From Calditrichales bacterium (GTDB taxonomy: Bacteria > Calditrichota > Calditrichia > Calditrichales > J004): DNA of 64,000 bases. Position 1 is the stretch's first letter. Each line of letters starts with the position of its first letter. The stretch covers positions 4,192,001 through 4,256,000 of the forward strand of contig OZ254086.1 in the NCBI GenBank assembly GCA_965267575.1, in the 5' to 3' direction. Below are positions 49,719 to 59,621 of this stretch, in pieces. A program made the position numbers and the translations under genes. The notes beneath the pieces were generated by a model, which worked only from the letters and a program-made list of their open reading frames with translations, did no database searches and was not told where the DNA came from.

Positions 49719-51575
49719 TTAATCGAGTAAATTTTCCAGGACGTCCGGCACATTGGATTTCAAATGGACAAAACCGTCGATGCCTGCTTCCCGCCATTTC
49801 TGCTCATTTTCCGCGGGATGGCCGGCAAGGTACAAAGGCCGCTCCGTCTGCTCGCGGAAGCCGGGCGCAAATACCGGCACCACCTCGTGGTAATCCTCAT
49901 CGGAAGCACACAGCACAACCACATCAGCCGATGCCCCAAGCGCGTGTTCCAGCGCGTCCGCAGCGCTGTCAAAATAATGCGTGTCATCCACCCCGAAAGC
50001 CGCAACTTCAAAAAAGCCGCGCACAAAATCGGAGCGCGCTTTTAGCCGAGCTTTGCTTCCAACGTGGGCCACCAATACCTGCGGCTTTTGCTTCATTGCT
50101 TCCACACGCTGGCGCATTTTTTCAAAGGGCAGCAAGAGCCGTTGCGGCTTCAGCCCCGGGAAAAACTCGCTTATCGCTAAATCTTTTGTGGAAGGTATTT
50201 TCCGTTGCGCTTTGTCGGGACGTTTTTCGGTAAGATTGGGATAAATATTGCTGCCGATTGCCCTGCGCTTACGCACGGCCAGTTCCGATAACTGCTTTTC
50301 GGCGTTTGCTTTTACTTCCTCCTGGAACCAGCCTTTGCGCAACGCGGCCGTTATGCCCCCTTCGGCTTCGATACGCTGGAACAACGCCCATGACTTTTCG
50401 GCCAATTGCATGGTCAGCGTTTCGATGTAGGCGCTGCCACCGGGAGGATCAATCACTTTAGCCAGGTGGCTCTCCTCGCGCAGTACAATCTGCGTGTTGC
50501 GCGCAATACGCCGGGCAAAATCATCGGGCAAACCCAATACGGAATCAAAAGGCGTTACCTCCAAACTGTCACAACCGCCGCAGATGGCGGCAAAACTTTC
50601 GCCGGTTACGCGCAGCATATTTACCCAGGGGTCATAATACGATTTATTGCGCAAAGCCGTTCGGGCATCGATTGCTGTTTTGGTTAAGTCACCCTGCAAT
50701 CCAAGTGCCGCGGCCATTTTGGACCAGAGCAATCGCAGCGCACGCATTTTGGCAATTTCCCGGAACGTATCGTTGCCGATGGCAAGCTGAACACGCACCT
50801 GTCTGATGGCGCGCTCCGGTTTAATGCCGGCCTTACCAAGCAAGGTAAGATATTCCGCGCCCAGGGCCAGCACATAAGCCAATTGTTGCAGCGCATGGCC
50901 GCCTGCTTCCAGTATGACATCACTGCGCATACTGAAAAGCCTCAGGTTAGGAAAATTCTCATCAAGAGCATTAATTTTCCCAGCGTAGCTGTCCATGCTG
51001 TTTTCAAGTTTCTCCGCCAGGCCGCCGGACCACAGCGCGGCACTGAGCGGATCGCCGCCCAGCGCAAGCAAACGCTTACTGCCGGATGGATGCATCGCGG
51101 CAAACAGATCAGCCAGATGCGGCGCTTCCGTCATGCCGTTGGCAAACACCGGCAAACCGGGATCACTCCCTTCCAGCAGCTTCTCCAACTGCGAAGCGTC
51201 CTTTAGTGCCAGCGTGCCCTGGTATTCCGCGTCAATTTCGGCGGGAAAAACCAAATCAAAACGCACGGCGTTCTGCCCGCGTTTTAGTACATCTTTAAGC
51301 GTTTCATTGAATTTTTCAGCGCCGCAGTAGAGCCCTTGCGCCACATGCCAGCCGGCTTTCTGTGAGGCCCCACGCGTAAAAGGCGCTTCTCCGGACGTAC
51401 CGCTGTCCGGCGCTTTGCCCCGTTCATAGATCGGCTGAAGCGTAATTCCTTCTTCCGTCTGCGTAAACAATGTTTTTTCAAAAACCCGCCCTTTGAGCAG
51501 CTGCTCGGCCGCGGCCTTCCACTGTTCATAATCCGCAACCGGAAAGTCTTTTTTCAGGTCTGGTGTTTTTTCCAT
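49719..51575 (-). CDS. mutA: Methylmalonyl-CoA mutase small (non-catalytic) subunit
   Basis: YDPWVNMLR, RRIARNTQ.VL.EES, DPPGGS.YIE; lacks DxHxxG. Confidence 0.88.
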   Translation of the reverse strand: MEKTPDLKKDFPVADYEQWKAAAEQLLKGRVFEKTLFTQTEEGITLQPIYERGKAPDSGTSGEAPFTRGASQKAGWHVAQGLYCGAEKFNETLKDVLKRGQNAVRFDLVFPAEIDAEYQGTLALKDASQLEKLLEGSDPGLPVFANGMTEAPHLADLFAAMHPSGSKRLLALGGDPLSAALWSGGLAEKLENSMDSYAGKINALDENFPNLRLFSMRSDVILEAGGHALQQLAYVLALGAEYLTLLGKAGIKPERAIRQVRVQLAIGNDTFREIAKMRALRLLWSKMAAALGLQGDLTKTAIDARTALRNKSYYDPWVNMLRVTGESFAAICGGCDSLEVTPFDSVLGLPDDFARRIARNTQIVLREESHLAKVIDPPGGSAYIETLTMQLAEKSWALFQRIEAEGGITAALRKGWFQEEVKANAEKQLSELAVRKRRAIGSNIYPNLTEKRPDKAQRKIPSTKDLAISEFFPGLKPQRLLLPFEKMRQRVEAMKQKPQVLVAHVGSKARLKARSDFVRGFFEVAAFGVDDTHYFDSAADALEHALGASADVVVLCASDEDYHEVVPVFAPGFREQTERPLYLAGHPAENEQKWREAGIDGFVHLKSNVPDVLENLLD

Positions 51576-51674
51576 CTTGTATATGAGTTTTGGACCAAAT
51601 CAAACAATCAAAAGAAAAAATTAGTCTCAAAAGACCGTTTGTTTTTTGGCTTTTATTATTTGTGATTTCCTGAC

Positions 51675-52190
51675 TCAGGCATCTGTGCCTTTTATTTTAA
51701 CAAGCATCGCGTTTTGTTCAACCGCGTCTTTTTCTTTAACGCCCACTTCCAGGACTTCGCAGTCAAACGGCGCTTTAATCAGGTTTTCCATCTTCATGGC
51801 TTCCAGGATCAGCAGCGCGTCGCCTTCTTTAAACGCCTCACCGGGAGCGGCATTTACCTTAACCACCAATCCGGGTATCGGCGCCTTGATCACTTTTTCG
51901 CCGTGGGCACCGCCGACAGCTTTTATCAGTTCTTTTACCTGCCGCGTCCGCTCGTCCTCCACAAGCACCTGGAACTGGTCACCAACCACGCGCACAAACA
52001 TGTTTTCCTGCTTTTTGCTCAGGTTAACGATGTAGGGCATGTTGTTGTAAATCAGCGAATAACGACCGTCGCCAAGCGCCTCAAGTTCCACATCCACGCG
52101 CTTGCCGTCACGTGAGAGGTAAAAACCGCTTTCATCTTCCAGAAGCTCGTATTCATATTTGTGTTGTTTTGTATCCGCGAAAACTTTCAT
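51675..52190 (-). CDS. Biotin carboxyl carrier subunit
   Basis: APIPG, EAMKMEN biotinylation motif. Confidence 0.93.
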   Translation of the reverse strand: MKVFADTKQHKYEYELLEDESGFYLSRDGKRVDVELEALGDGRYSLIYNNMPYIVNLSKKQENMFVRVVGDQFQVLVEDERTRQVKELIKAVGGAHGEKVIKAPIPGLVVKVNAAPGEAFKEGDALLILEAMKMENLIKAPFDCEVLEVGVKEKDAVEQNAMLVKIKGTDA

Positions 52191-53695
52191 CGTGAACCTA
52201 CCCTGCTTTGTCTGTGAATAAATTTCCAGCCGCTGCTTTTTTGCCCGGCATTATCGCTGCCACCCACGAGCTGCACTTTCTTGCGCTCTTCCAGTTCCCC
52301 CAGAATGGCGGCCAAACCGGCGATCTCGGCGAATTCTTCATCTTCGCCCAGCAACGTCTCCTTATGCTTCTCAATGAAATGCGTGGTAAAGTCGCCGGCA
52401 CGGAATTCTTCATTTTCAAAAACGCGAATCAAAAACGGTATCGATGTTTTAATGCCCGATATTTCATATTCGCGCAAAGCCCTAAGCATACGGCGCGCGG
52501 CATGGTCACGGTTGCTGCCCCAGGCGCACAGCTTGGAGATCATCGGATCGTAATAAAGGGAAATTTCACTGCCTTTGGTGACGCCGCTGTCTTCACGCAC
52601 GCCGGGCCCTTTGGCAGGATTGAGATATTCTATTTTACCGGGGGAAGGCGCCCAGTTGTTGTCCGGATCTTCGGCATACAGGCGGCACTCGAAGGCGTGG
52701 CCCCAAAAGCTGGTCTTGCTCTCTTTAACGCGCAGCTTTTCACCGGCGGCAATGTGCAGTTGCTCCTCCACCAGGTCAAGACCGGTCACCATTTCCGTTA
52801 CCGGGTGTTCCACCTGCAGGCGGGTATTCATTTCCAGGAAATAGAAATCACGATTCTTATCAACCAGGAATTCAATGGTACCGGCATTTTGATAGTTGCA
52901 GGCTTTGGCAGCGTTGATGGCTGCTTCACCCATGCGCTTGCGCAGATCGTCATCCAGCAGCGATGACGGAGCTTCTTCGATCACTTTCTGGTGCCGGCGC
53001 TGAATGGAGCATTCACGCTCGCCGAGATGCACCACGTTGCCATGGGCATCAGCCAGTATCTGAAATTCGATGTGCCGCGGTTGTTCAACAAATTTTTCAA
53101 TATAAACCGACTCGTCGTTGAAGGCCGCTTTGGCTTCACGGGCCGCGCCTTCAACTGCTTCTTTAAAATCTTTGTCGCTCGTAACAAGCCGCATGCCCTT
53201 TCCACCGCCACCGGCAGCCGCCTTTATCAGCACCGGATAGCCGATCTCGCGGGCAACCTTTTGGGCTTCCGCGGCATCTTTTATAGCGTCTTCCGTGCCG
53301 GGCACGGTGGGCACCTTGTTGGCGATCATCAACTTGCGCGCCTCGGTCTTGTTACCCATCACGCGGATGGCGTGCGCTTTAGGACCGATAAAGACTAAAC
53401 CGGCCTTCTCCACCTCTTCGGCAAAATCAGCATTTTCAGACAAAAAGCCATACCCGGGATGGATTGCTTCGGCTCCCGTCTTTTTGGCGATGTCCAGTAT
53501 TTTTTCCCAGCGCAGGTAGCTCTCCTGGGATGTCTTGCCGCCCAAAGGGTATGCTTCATAAGCGCTGTAAACAAAGGGACTCTTACGGTCCGGCTCGGAA
53601 TAAACAGCCACCGATTCTATCCCCATTTCGTTGCATGTACGGATAATGCGTAAGGCTATTTCACCGCGGTTGGCGATGAGTATTTTTTTAAACAT
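52187..53695 (-). CDS. accC: Biotin carboxylase subunit (acetyl/propionyl-CoA carboxylase)
   Basis: MFKKILIANRGEIA, HPGYGFLSEN, GGGGKGMR, EMNTRLQVEHPVTE; ATG at 53695. Confidence 0.95.
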   Translation of the reverse strand: MFKKILIANRGEIALRIIRTCNEMGIESVAVYSEPDRKSPFVYSAYEAYPLGGKTSQESYLRWEKILDIAKKTGAEAIHPGYGFLSENADFAEEVEKAGLVFIGPKAHAIRVMGNKTEARKLMIANKVPTVPGTEDAIKDAAEAQKVAREIGYPVLIKAAAGGGGKGMRLVTSDKDFKEAVEGAAREAKAAFNDESVYIEKFVEQPRHIEFQILADAHGNVVHLGERECSIQRRHQKVIEEAPSSLLDDDLRKRMGEAAINAAKACNYQNAGTIEFLVDKNRDFYFLEMNTRLQVEHPVTEMVTGLDLVEEQLHIAAGEKLRVKESKTSFWGHAFECRLYAEDPDNNWAPSPGKIEYLNPAKGPGVREDSGVTKGSEISLYYDPMISKLCAWGSNRDHAARRMLRALREYEISGIKTSIPFLIRVFENEEFRAGDFTTHFIEKHKETLLGEDEEFAEIAGLAAILGELEERKKVQLVGGSDNAGQKSSGWKFIHRQSRVGSR

Positions 53696-54025
53696 GACAA
53701 CCTTCCTGATTGTATTTGCTGTAAACCAATAAGTCCTAGCCAACAATATAATAAATAAAACGAAAAGAGTTTATAAAGAGTAGCAGTTATGCGCGATTTT
53801 TTAAACATAATACGGCGCGATTGCATGTTATGTAAAATGAGCCTTAATTCTCTATTATTTCTTTCGTTTTAAAAGCAACTCTTAGTCTTCGAAATTTTAT
53901 TCTGACGTGCACTACGGCCGGCTGATAATTGTTAATTGCAGGTGAACGAATCTTGCAGCAAAAGCCGACGTAATGTGAGCCTTTAAAAAGACAAAGTAAA
54001 ACAATACATCCGGATCGGAGAACAA

Positions 54026-55168
54026 ATGGAAACAGTAATAATCGGCGGTGGCATTACGGGCTTGACGACGGCCCTGACCCTGCACAAACTTGGTTTAAAA
54101 AGCACCGTTTACGAACAGGCGGCGCAGCTAAATGAAATCGGCGCCGGTATAACTATACAGCCCAATGCCATAAAGGTGCTCGACTGGCTGGGACTTACAA
54201 ACGAAATAAAGCGTCACGGGCGGCCATTGGGCAGCGGTGTTGTGACCAACCCGCAGCTTAATCCCTTCAAAAAGCTTAAAAACGAAGTGATGCTGGATGA
54301 AGCCGGCAACAAAGCGGTTGCCATCCATCGCGGCCGCCTGCAAAAAGTGCTGCATGACGCCGCGGCCAAAGTCGCCGATATCCGGCTGGGCAAAAAGTAT
54401 GTCCGGCATGACCAATATGGCGATCGCGTAAAAATTGAATTCACCGATGGCACAATCGAATGTGATCTCCTGCTTGGCGCGGATGGGATAAACTCACAGG
54501 TTCGGCACAACATTTTTCCTGACTCGGCTTTGCGCTCTGCGGGACAAATGTGCTGGCGCGGTATCGTGCGCATGAAGTTGCCTGAAGACATGGACGGTAT
54601 TGCCAGGGAAGCCTGGGGCAAAAACGGCCGTTTTGGCATCGTGCCCATTGCTGAAGATGAAATTTACTGGTATGCTGCGGTCAACAAGGCACTTTACGAT
54701 AAGCTTCGCCGGGGATCGCTCAAAGACAAATTGCGTGTGCTGTATAAAGATTTTCATGCGGTTGTGGCGGAGCTGATTAATAACACAGACGAGGCAGCCA
54801 TTCATGAAGCGCAACTGGCCGACCTGAAACGGTTGGAAACATGGCACAAAGGAAGGGTTTGCCTGCTGGGAGACGCCGCGCATGCGACAACACCCAACAT
54901 GGGACAAGGCGCCTGCCAGGGGATGGAAGACGCCTATTTTATAAGCCATTTCCTCAAAACAGCATCTTCGCCTCAGGAGGCGTTTGAAAGATTTCAAAAA
55001 GCGCGGCGGGCAAAAGTGGATTATGTGGTCAACACATCCTGGAAAATCGGCCAGGCCGCCCACACACCGCTGGGACGATCTATAATTAAGCTGGCAATGA
55101 AAGCGACCCCGGAGAGTACGATGCAAAAACAATTCGCCAGATTGTTTGAGCTTGAAGGCTATAAATAA
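54026..55168 (+). CDS. FAD-dependent monooxygenase (class A aromatic hydroxylase-like)
   Basis: GGGITG, GADG, LLGDAAH..PNMGQG. Confidence 0.92.
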   Translation: METVIIGGGITGLTTALTLHKLGLKSTVYEQAAQLNEIGAGITIQPNAIKVLDWLGLTNEIKRHGRPLGSGVVTNPQLNPFKKLKNEVMLDEAGNKAVAIHRGRLQKVLHDAAAKVADIRLGKKYVRHDQYGDRVKIEFTDGTIECDLLLGADGINSQVRHNIFPDSALRSAGQMCWRGIVRMKLPEDMDGIAREAWGKNGRFGIVPIAEDEIYWYAAVNKALYDKLRRGSLKDKLRVLYKDFHAVVAELINNTDEAAIHEAQLADLKRLETWHKGRVCLLGDAAHATTPNMGQGACQGMEDAYFISHFLKTASSPQEAFERFQKARRAKVDYVVNTSWKIGQAAHTPLGRSIIKLAMKATPESTMQKQFARLFELEGYK

Positions 55169-55211
55169 AGATGCTAGCTTTACAAAGCTGCTCGTAAATA
55201 TGAGAGACGCC

Positions 55212-55676
55212 ATGTTAAAGCCTGTTATTCTAATAATGTTTATTGTTTTTTTATCCAGTGCTCAACCGTTAGCGAAGCTGAACGCTGTTCCCTACGATTC
55301 AACCTATACAACCAGCATCGAACTACAGAAAAAGAGTCTATATGGAGCTTATATTCTTGAAACATTTGTTCCGACACTAGGATTTTTATATGCCGGTGAT
55401 TGGAAGAAAGGCCTGCTACCTGAAGCAACGAAATTCGGAGGCATTGTCATTGCGTTTTCTCAGGTTGATTTAAATCTTTTGGGTGGAGAAACGGAAATTA
55501 GAAACGATTTTATTTTTGGTGTTGGCGTACTAATGACTATTGCCGGGTTCGAGTGGACATATTCCCGTTTAGCAGATTTGATCAATGAGCATAACTTCAA
55601 AGTTGAGATGTCCACAAGGCAATCCGCGCACACCAAATCTAATTACCTATCTATAAGCATTGCTTATATGTTTTAA
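55212..55676 (+). CDS. Hypothetical exported/membrane protein, DUF5683-like
   Basis: Signal peptide from ATG 55212; FVPTLGFLYAGDWKKG resembles the PGWGQ.Y..WK motif; terminal Phe. Confidence 0.55.
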   Translation: MLKPVILIMFIVFLSSAQPLAKLNAVPYDSTYTTSIELQKKSLYGAYILETFVPTLGFLYAGDWKKGLLPEATKFGGIVIAFSQVDLNLLGGETEIRNDFIFGVGVLMTIAGFEWTYSRLADLINEHNFKVEMSTRQSAHTKSNYLSISIAYMF

Positions 55677-55703
55677 AACTGAAGAACCTTTTACGGTCGG
55701 CAC

Positions 55704-57197
55704 CTATGATGCCAGCTGCTTTTGGTGAACCGGTTTGTAGGCATGTACGTCAAATGTAAAAAACGTCCCTTTGCCTTTAGCGCTTTCCACGTGAATATCA
55801 CTGTCGTGCAGGTCCAGGATTTTCTTAACAATGGAAAGTCCCAGTCCCGCGCCCCCGGTGGCGGCAGAACGGCTCTTTTCAGCGCGGTAAAAACGATCAA
55901 AAATACGCTTCTGATCATCTTCGCCAATGCCTTCGCCGGTGTCTTCTACGGTAACTTTTAGTGTATCGTCACTTTGCGCTGCTTTAAGTCTTATTTCGCC
56001 ACCGGCCGGTGTGTAGCGTATGGCGTTGTCCAGCAAGTTGCTGAGAACGCGTTCCATCAAGGCGATATCGGCGTGGGCCTGTGGCAGGCCTTCTTCAACC
56101 GTCACTTTCATGCGCAGGTTTTTATTCTCGAGCTGCGGCTCATATTTGCGGGCTACATCATAGAGCAGATCACCGAGGATGAAAGGCTCTTTTTCAGCCT
56201 GTACCTGGCAGGCATCCATCTTGGAAAGTTCAAAAAGCTGTTCTACAAGGTTTTCCAGCCCGGACGCCGTTTCCAGCGCGGAATCTATGTAGCGCGCCCG
56301 TTCTTCTTCACTGAGCTGGCCGTTGCGGATCTGCATGGTTTCCAGGTAACCGCGGATGGAGGCCAGGGGGCTGCGCAGATCGTGGGAAACGTTGGCGATC
56401 AGTTCACGTCTCAGGCGGTCCGTTTCCTGCAAAGTATGGATGTTTGCTTCAATTTTAGCCGCCATTGTGTTGATCGTTTGGGCCAGGCTTCCCAGCTCAT
56501 CATGTGAATGAACGGGGATACGTTTGTCGTATTCGCCCTTTTCGAAGCTTTTAACCATATCGTTCATCACCCGCACACGCCGCGTGAGAAAGGCAAACAG
56601 GAAAAGACCCAGAACGCCGGTGAAAAGCAATACAATCACCAGGCCTTTTAAGAGCGCTGTTCCAAGATAACTATCTTCAAGCGCGGCGATGGCCGTATCA
56701 TAATCCTGCGACCCTATAATGACAAACAAATAGCCCTGCTCATCACCAATGTCGATAGGTGCGGCGCTGAATGGTTTATGTCGTTTCGGGTTACGCGGAT
56801 CGACCGCCAGTATGGGTGTTTGCCCCTGCTCGCTGATAAAGCGCTTAATCGGCTCCAGCTCCAGGCTTTCCAGCTTAACCTCCTTGCCCGGTTCGGCAAA
56901 AAAGGCCATGATCTCTCCCGTGCTGTCCAGAAGATAGATCTCGATTTTGGGATTCATCACCATCAGGTAATGCATCATATGCTCTATTTCCGGCATATCC
57001 AGCGTATCGCCCACAAGGGGTTTAAAGTCCGGAACGAGATCACGCGCCAGACGCTGGTTCAGTTTCTGGTCGGCCTCGTGGTGGTACTGCGTCCACGATT
57101 CCACCGTGATGTAGAGTTGCGCCGCGCCGGTGAGCAGAAGCAGCAGTAAAAATACCAGCGACAGCTTGCCGTAAAACGATCTGAAAAATTTTTTCAT
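55704..57197 (-). CDS. HAMP-domain sensor histidine kinase (paralogue of 5218-6711)
   Basis: Two TMs, HAMP, SHDLRSP, NLLDNA, DTGEGI, GAGLGLSI. Confidence 0.95.
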   Translation of the reverse strand: MKKFFRSFYGKLSLVFLLLLLLTGAAQLYITVESWTQYHHEADQKLNQRLARDLVPDFKPLVGDTLDMPEIEHMMHYLMVMNPKIEIYLLDSTGEIMAFFAEPGKEVKLESLELEPIKRFISEQGQTPILAVDPRNPKRHKPFSAAPIDIGDEQGYLFVIIGSQDYDTAIAALEDSYLGTALLKGLVIVLLFTGVLGLFLFAFLTRRVRVMNDMVKSFEKGEYDKRIPVHSHDELGSLAQTINTMAAKIEANIHTLQETDRLRRELIANVSHDLRSPLASIRGYLETMQIRNGQLSEEERARYIDSALETASGLENLVEQLFELSKMDACQVQAEKEPFILGDLLYDVARKYEPQLENKNLRMKVTVEEGLPQAHADIALMERVLSNLLDNAIRYTPAGGEIRLKAAQSDDTLKVTVEDTGEGIGEDDQKRIFDRFYRAEKSRSAATGGAGLGLSIVKKILDLHDSDIHVESAKGKGTFFTFDVHAYKPVHQKQLAS

Positions 57198-57905
57198 TTA
57201 AGCCTCGAAACGGTACCCTACGCCCCACAGCGTTCGGATAAAGCGGGGGTTGGCGGGGTCTTCTTCTATTTTGTTGCGTAAACGGTTGATGTGAGAATTG
57301 ACAGTATGCTCGTAGCCGTTATACTGGTAGCCCCAGATCAATTCCAGCAGCCGTTCGCGGCTGTAGGTGTGTCCGGGGTGTTTGGCAAACAGCGTGAGCA
57401 ATTCAAACTCTTTGGCGGTCAGCTCAACGGGCCCGCCGTTTACATAGACCATATGCTTGTCAAAATCGATGCGCAGATTGCCGTAATCCAGTATTCTGCG
57501 GTCATCGTTTTTCTCCATGATCTCCTTGTCTATTTCAATCCGGCGGATAATCGACTTGACGCGGGCGACGAATTCACGCACGCCAAAGGGCTTGGTGATA
57601 TAATCATCGGCTCCCACTTCCAGGCCCAGCACCTTGTCAATTTCTTCGTTCTTGGCCGTCAACATAAGGATCGGTGAGCTGATTTCGCGCTCACGCAGTT
57701 TGCGGCATATTTCGATCCCATCCATGTGCGGCAGCATCAAGTCCAGGATGATAACGGCATATTCACCGTCGAGCGCCTTCTGCAAACCGCTTAACCCATC
57801 ATAGGCCTTATCCAGCGACAGGCCCAGGTCACGCAGATTAATTTCAACGATATCAACGATCTTTTTGTCGTCTTCGATGATCAACGCTTTTTGCAATGAG
57901 TTCAT
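57198..57905 (-). CDS. OmpR/PhoB-family response regulator (paralogue of 6708-7421)
   Basis: IIEDD, LDLMLP, GYEHTVNSHINRLR, WGVGY; start 57905 chosen by similarity to the paralogue. Confidence 0.94.
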   Translation of the reverse strand: MNSLQKALIIEDDKKIVDIVEINLRDLGLSLDKAYDGLSGLQKALDGEYAVIILDLMLPHMDGIEICRKLREREISSPILMLTAKNEEIDKVLGLEVGADDYITKPFGVREFVARVKSIIRRIEIDKEIMEKNDDRRILDYGNLRIDFDKHMVYVNGGPVELTAKEFELLTLFAKHPGHTYSRERLLELIWGYQYNGYEHTVNSHINRLRNKIEEDPANPRFIRTLWGVGYRFEA

Positions 57906-57964
57906 GCTTCGCTTTGTGGTTAGTGAAAGGTGATGATTCATTATACTCATTTTTGATCCAAAAT

Positions 57965-57995
57965 AAAAAAATCCCCGCCCAACGGACGGGGAAAA
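57965..57995 (-). terminator. Intrinsic terminator after spondin-domain gene
   Basis: CCCCG/CGGGG stem with A-run on its left (U-tract on the minus strand). Confidence 0.7.
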
Positions 57996-58004
57996 GAGTA
58001 ATGG

Positions 58005-58751
58005 TTAGTTGACGCGTGTTATAACGATTTTTGCAACATTACCATCCCAGTCATACAAAGCGGGATCAAGGTCGCCGGTGCCTTCAATACCGGAATGGAA
58101 ATGAATACGCTCTTTGGTCGGAACGCGCACGAGAGGATTACCGCAACAGGGACCAGGGATATGCTCGGTCATTTCCGTATTCGCTTCACTGCCGGCGTCA
58201 TATGCTTTTACATAGAGTGTTTTGGAACCAACCGGCGGCAAAGGAATGCTGTTTACCGCACTGAAAGCGTCGTTGGTATTTACCAGCATCCACACGGCGG
58301 AAACCTTGCGATACAGGCGATTGGCCGAAATCTTTACCGTTGCCGACTGGCCCGGCAGGATAACGCCATCACCTACAACGACCTCGCGCACCTGCGGATT
58401 TTCCTGCAGTGACTCAACCATCGGGCCGTTCACGGCGTCTTCGGCAATCTGTGCCAGCTCATCCGAGGCAAAGCCGCCTAAATTAAAAATGCGGAAACCC
58501 GGCGTGTGATTGGCTAAAACCGGCGGTGAGAAAGGCTGGCTTGCGCCCGGGCCTGTTGCCGGTGTTAAATTATAAATCGTAATCTCGAATTCAGCCATTG
58601 CGTCATCATGGTCATCAATCGATGCGTTGCCTTTAAACGCTCTGCGCGTCTCTTCGGCATTCTCTTCCGGTGAGACGACCGGCTGTTCGTTACAAGCGGC
58701 AAACAGAAAAATAAGTGCAACAAGACCGCTTAATCTTAAATATCTCATCAT
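58005..58751 (-). CDS. Spondin_N-domain lipoprotein
   Basis: RBS AGGAGG; lipobox LFAAC; FSP...H, AE, MLVNTNDAF, YDAGSE motifs typical of spondin domains. Confidence 0.85.
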   Translation of the reverse strand: MMRYLRLSGLVALIFLFAACNEQPVVSPEENAEETRRAFKGNASIDDHDDAMAEFEITIYNLTPATGPGASQPFSPPVLANHTPGFRIFNLGGFASDELAQIAEDAVNGPMVESLQENPQVREVVVGDGVILPGQSATVKISANRLYRKVSAVWMLVNTNDAFSAVNSIPLPPVGSKTLYVKAYDAGSEANTEMTEHIPGPCCGNPLVRVPTKERIHFHSGIEGTGDLDPALYDWDGNVAKIVITRVN

Positions 58752-58799
58752 ACCTCCTAAGGTTTGTTTAATGGACTGCCTTAAGAATGCGGTCTGATG

Positions 58800-58816
58800 T
58801 TCACAAACAGTTAACA
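58800..58816 (-). promoter_or_regulatory. Putative OmpR-family direct-repeat binding site
   Basis: TTCACA-N5-TTAACA (11-bp period) about 50 nt upstream of the spondin gene; further TTAACA at 58843. Confidence 0.5.
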
Positions 58817-58872
58817 GAATTTTTAATAATTGAAAAAGTAGTTTAACAGAAAACTCATCATGCGGATTAGCG

Positions 58873-59520
58873 CTAAAACTCCACGCTCCAAATGCGGATA
58901 GACGGATTAAAAGTATCGAGAGTCTGCCAGCTATTGATCCCGGCAGCGTTTAGCAATCCCGGCATACCACCGTGACGCCTGTAATCCAAAAACCGGCGGT
59001 AATGTCCGGCAATCATTTCATCAGCATGCAAGGCCGCCTTTGGTATTAAAGAGGCGCTTTCGAAAAGATCGGCCAGCAGCAAAACGCTGGTTAATCCTGA
59101 AAGCTTTTTCAGCAAAGATGCCGCATGACTGCGTGGCATCTCGTGGAGACAGAGCGCGGCGATTCCAACATCGGGCTTGAAATTAAGATGAGTAGCAAGG
59201 TCAGCGGCATCGGAGCAGATGAATTGAATCTTGCAACCATTGTTTTGCCCGTATTTGCTTTGTGCCCAGCGGATGGCTTCGTTATCGCGATCTATGCCCA
59301 TTCCCTGCGATATTTTGCCTGACAGATCAGCAAGCAAGCGTCCGTTGGCACAACCAATCTCCAAAACGCTGCTGCCCTCCGGGATCATCTCTGCTATCTG
59401 GCGGCGCAAGGGGGCGTTTGCGCGATCCGTAACGTTATTTCTGAACCATAATGAAAACGACATGCACTGGCTTACGGCAAAGCCGGCCAAAAGTTGTATG
59501 CGGACCGGAATGTAAAACAC
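58873..59520 (-). CDS. Class I SAM-dependent methyltransferase
   Basis: VLEIGCANG, GID, CLHEM; AGGAGG before GTG start. Confidence 0.85.
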   Translation of the reverse strand: MFYIPVRIQLLAGFAVSQCMSFSLWFRNNVTDRANAPLRRQIAEMIPEGSSVLEIGCANGRLLADLSGKISQGMGIDRDNEAIRWAQSKYGQNNGCKIQFICSDAADLATHLNFKPDVGIAALCLHEMPRSHAASLLKKLSGLTSVLLLADLFESASLIPKAALHADEMIAGHYRRFLDYRRHGGMPGLLNAAGINSWQTLDTFNPSIRIWSVEF

Positions 59521-59533
59521 ACGCTTCCTCCTA

Positions 59534-59581
59534 AATTCATCAATTCAACAATTCATCAATTCTTCAATCCAGCTATTCTCC
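59534..59581. repeat. 8-mer tandem array (AATTCATC-like) in divergent promoter region
   Basis: aattcatc aattcaac aattcatc aattcttc aatccagc tattctcc. Confidence 0.75.
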
Positions 59582-59621
59582 CCTGCTTTCATCTTATTTG
59601 TCACCTTATTAAGCTTGGCAG

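Noticed and set aside
49719..51575. mutA as a pseudogene because it lacks DxHxxG
   Set aside because: This is normal for the small subunit of heterodimeric methylmalonyl-CoA mutases.
51576..51674. Cobalamin riboswitch upstream of the mutase genes
   Set aside because: Region is too short and AT-rich, with no B12-box seen; a covariance-model search would be needed to exclude one at 53700-54025.
53696..53746. N-terminal extension of AccC
   Set aside because: Canonical MFKKILIANRG start at 53695, preceded by AGGAAGG.
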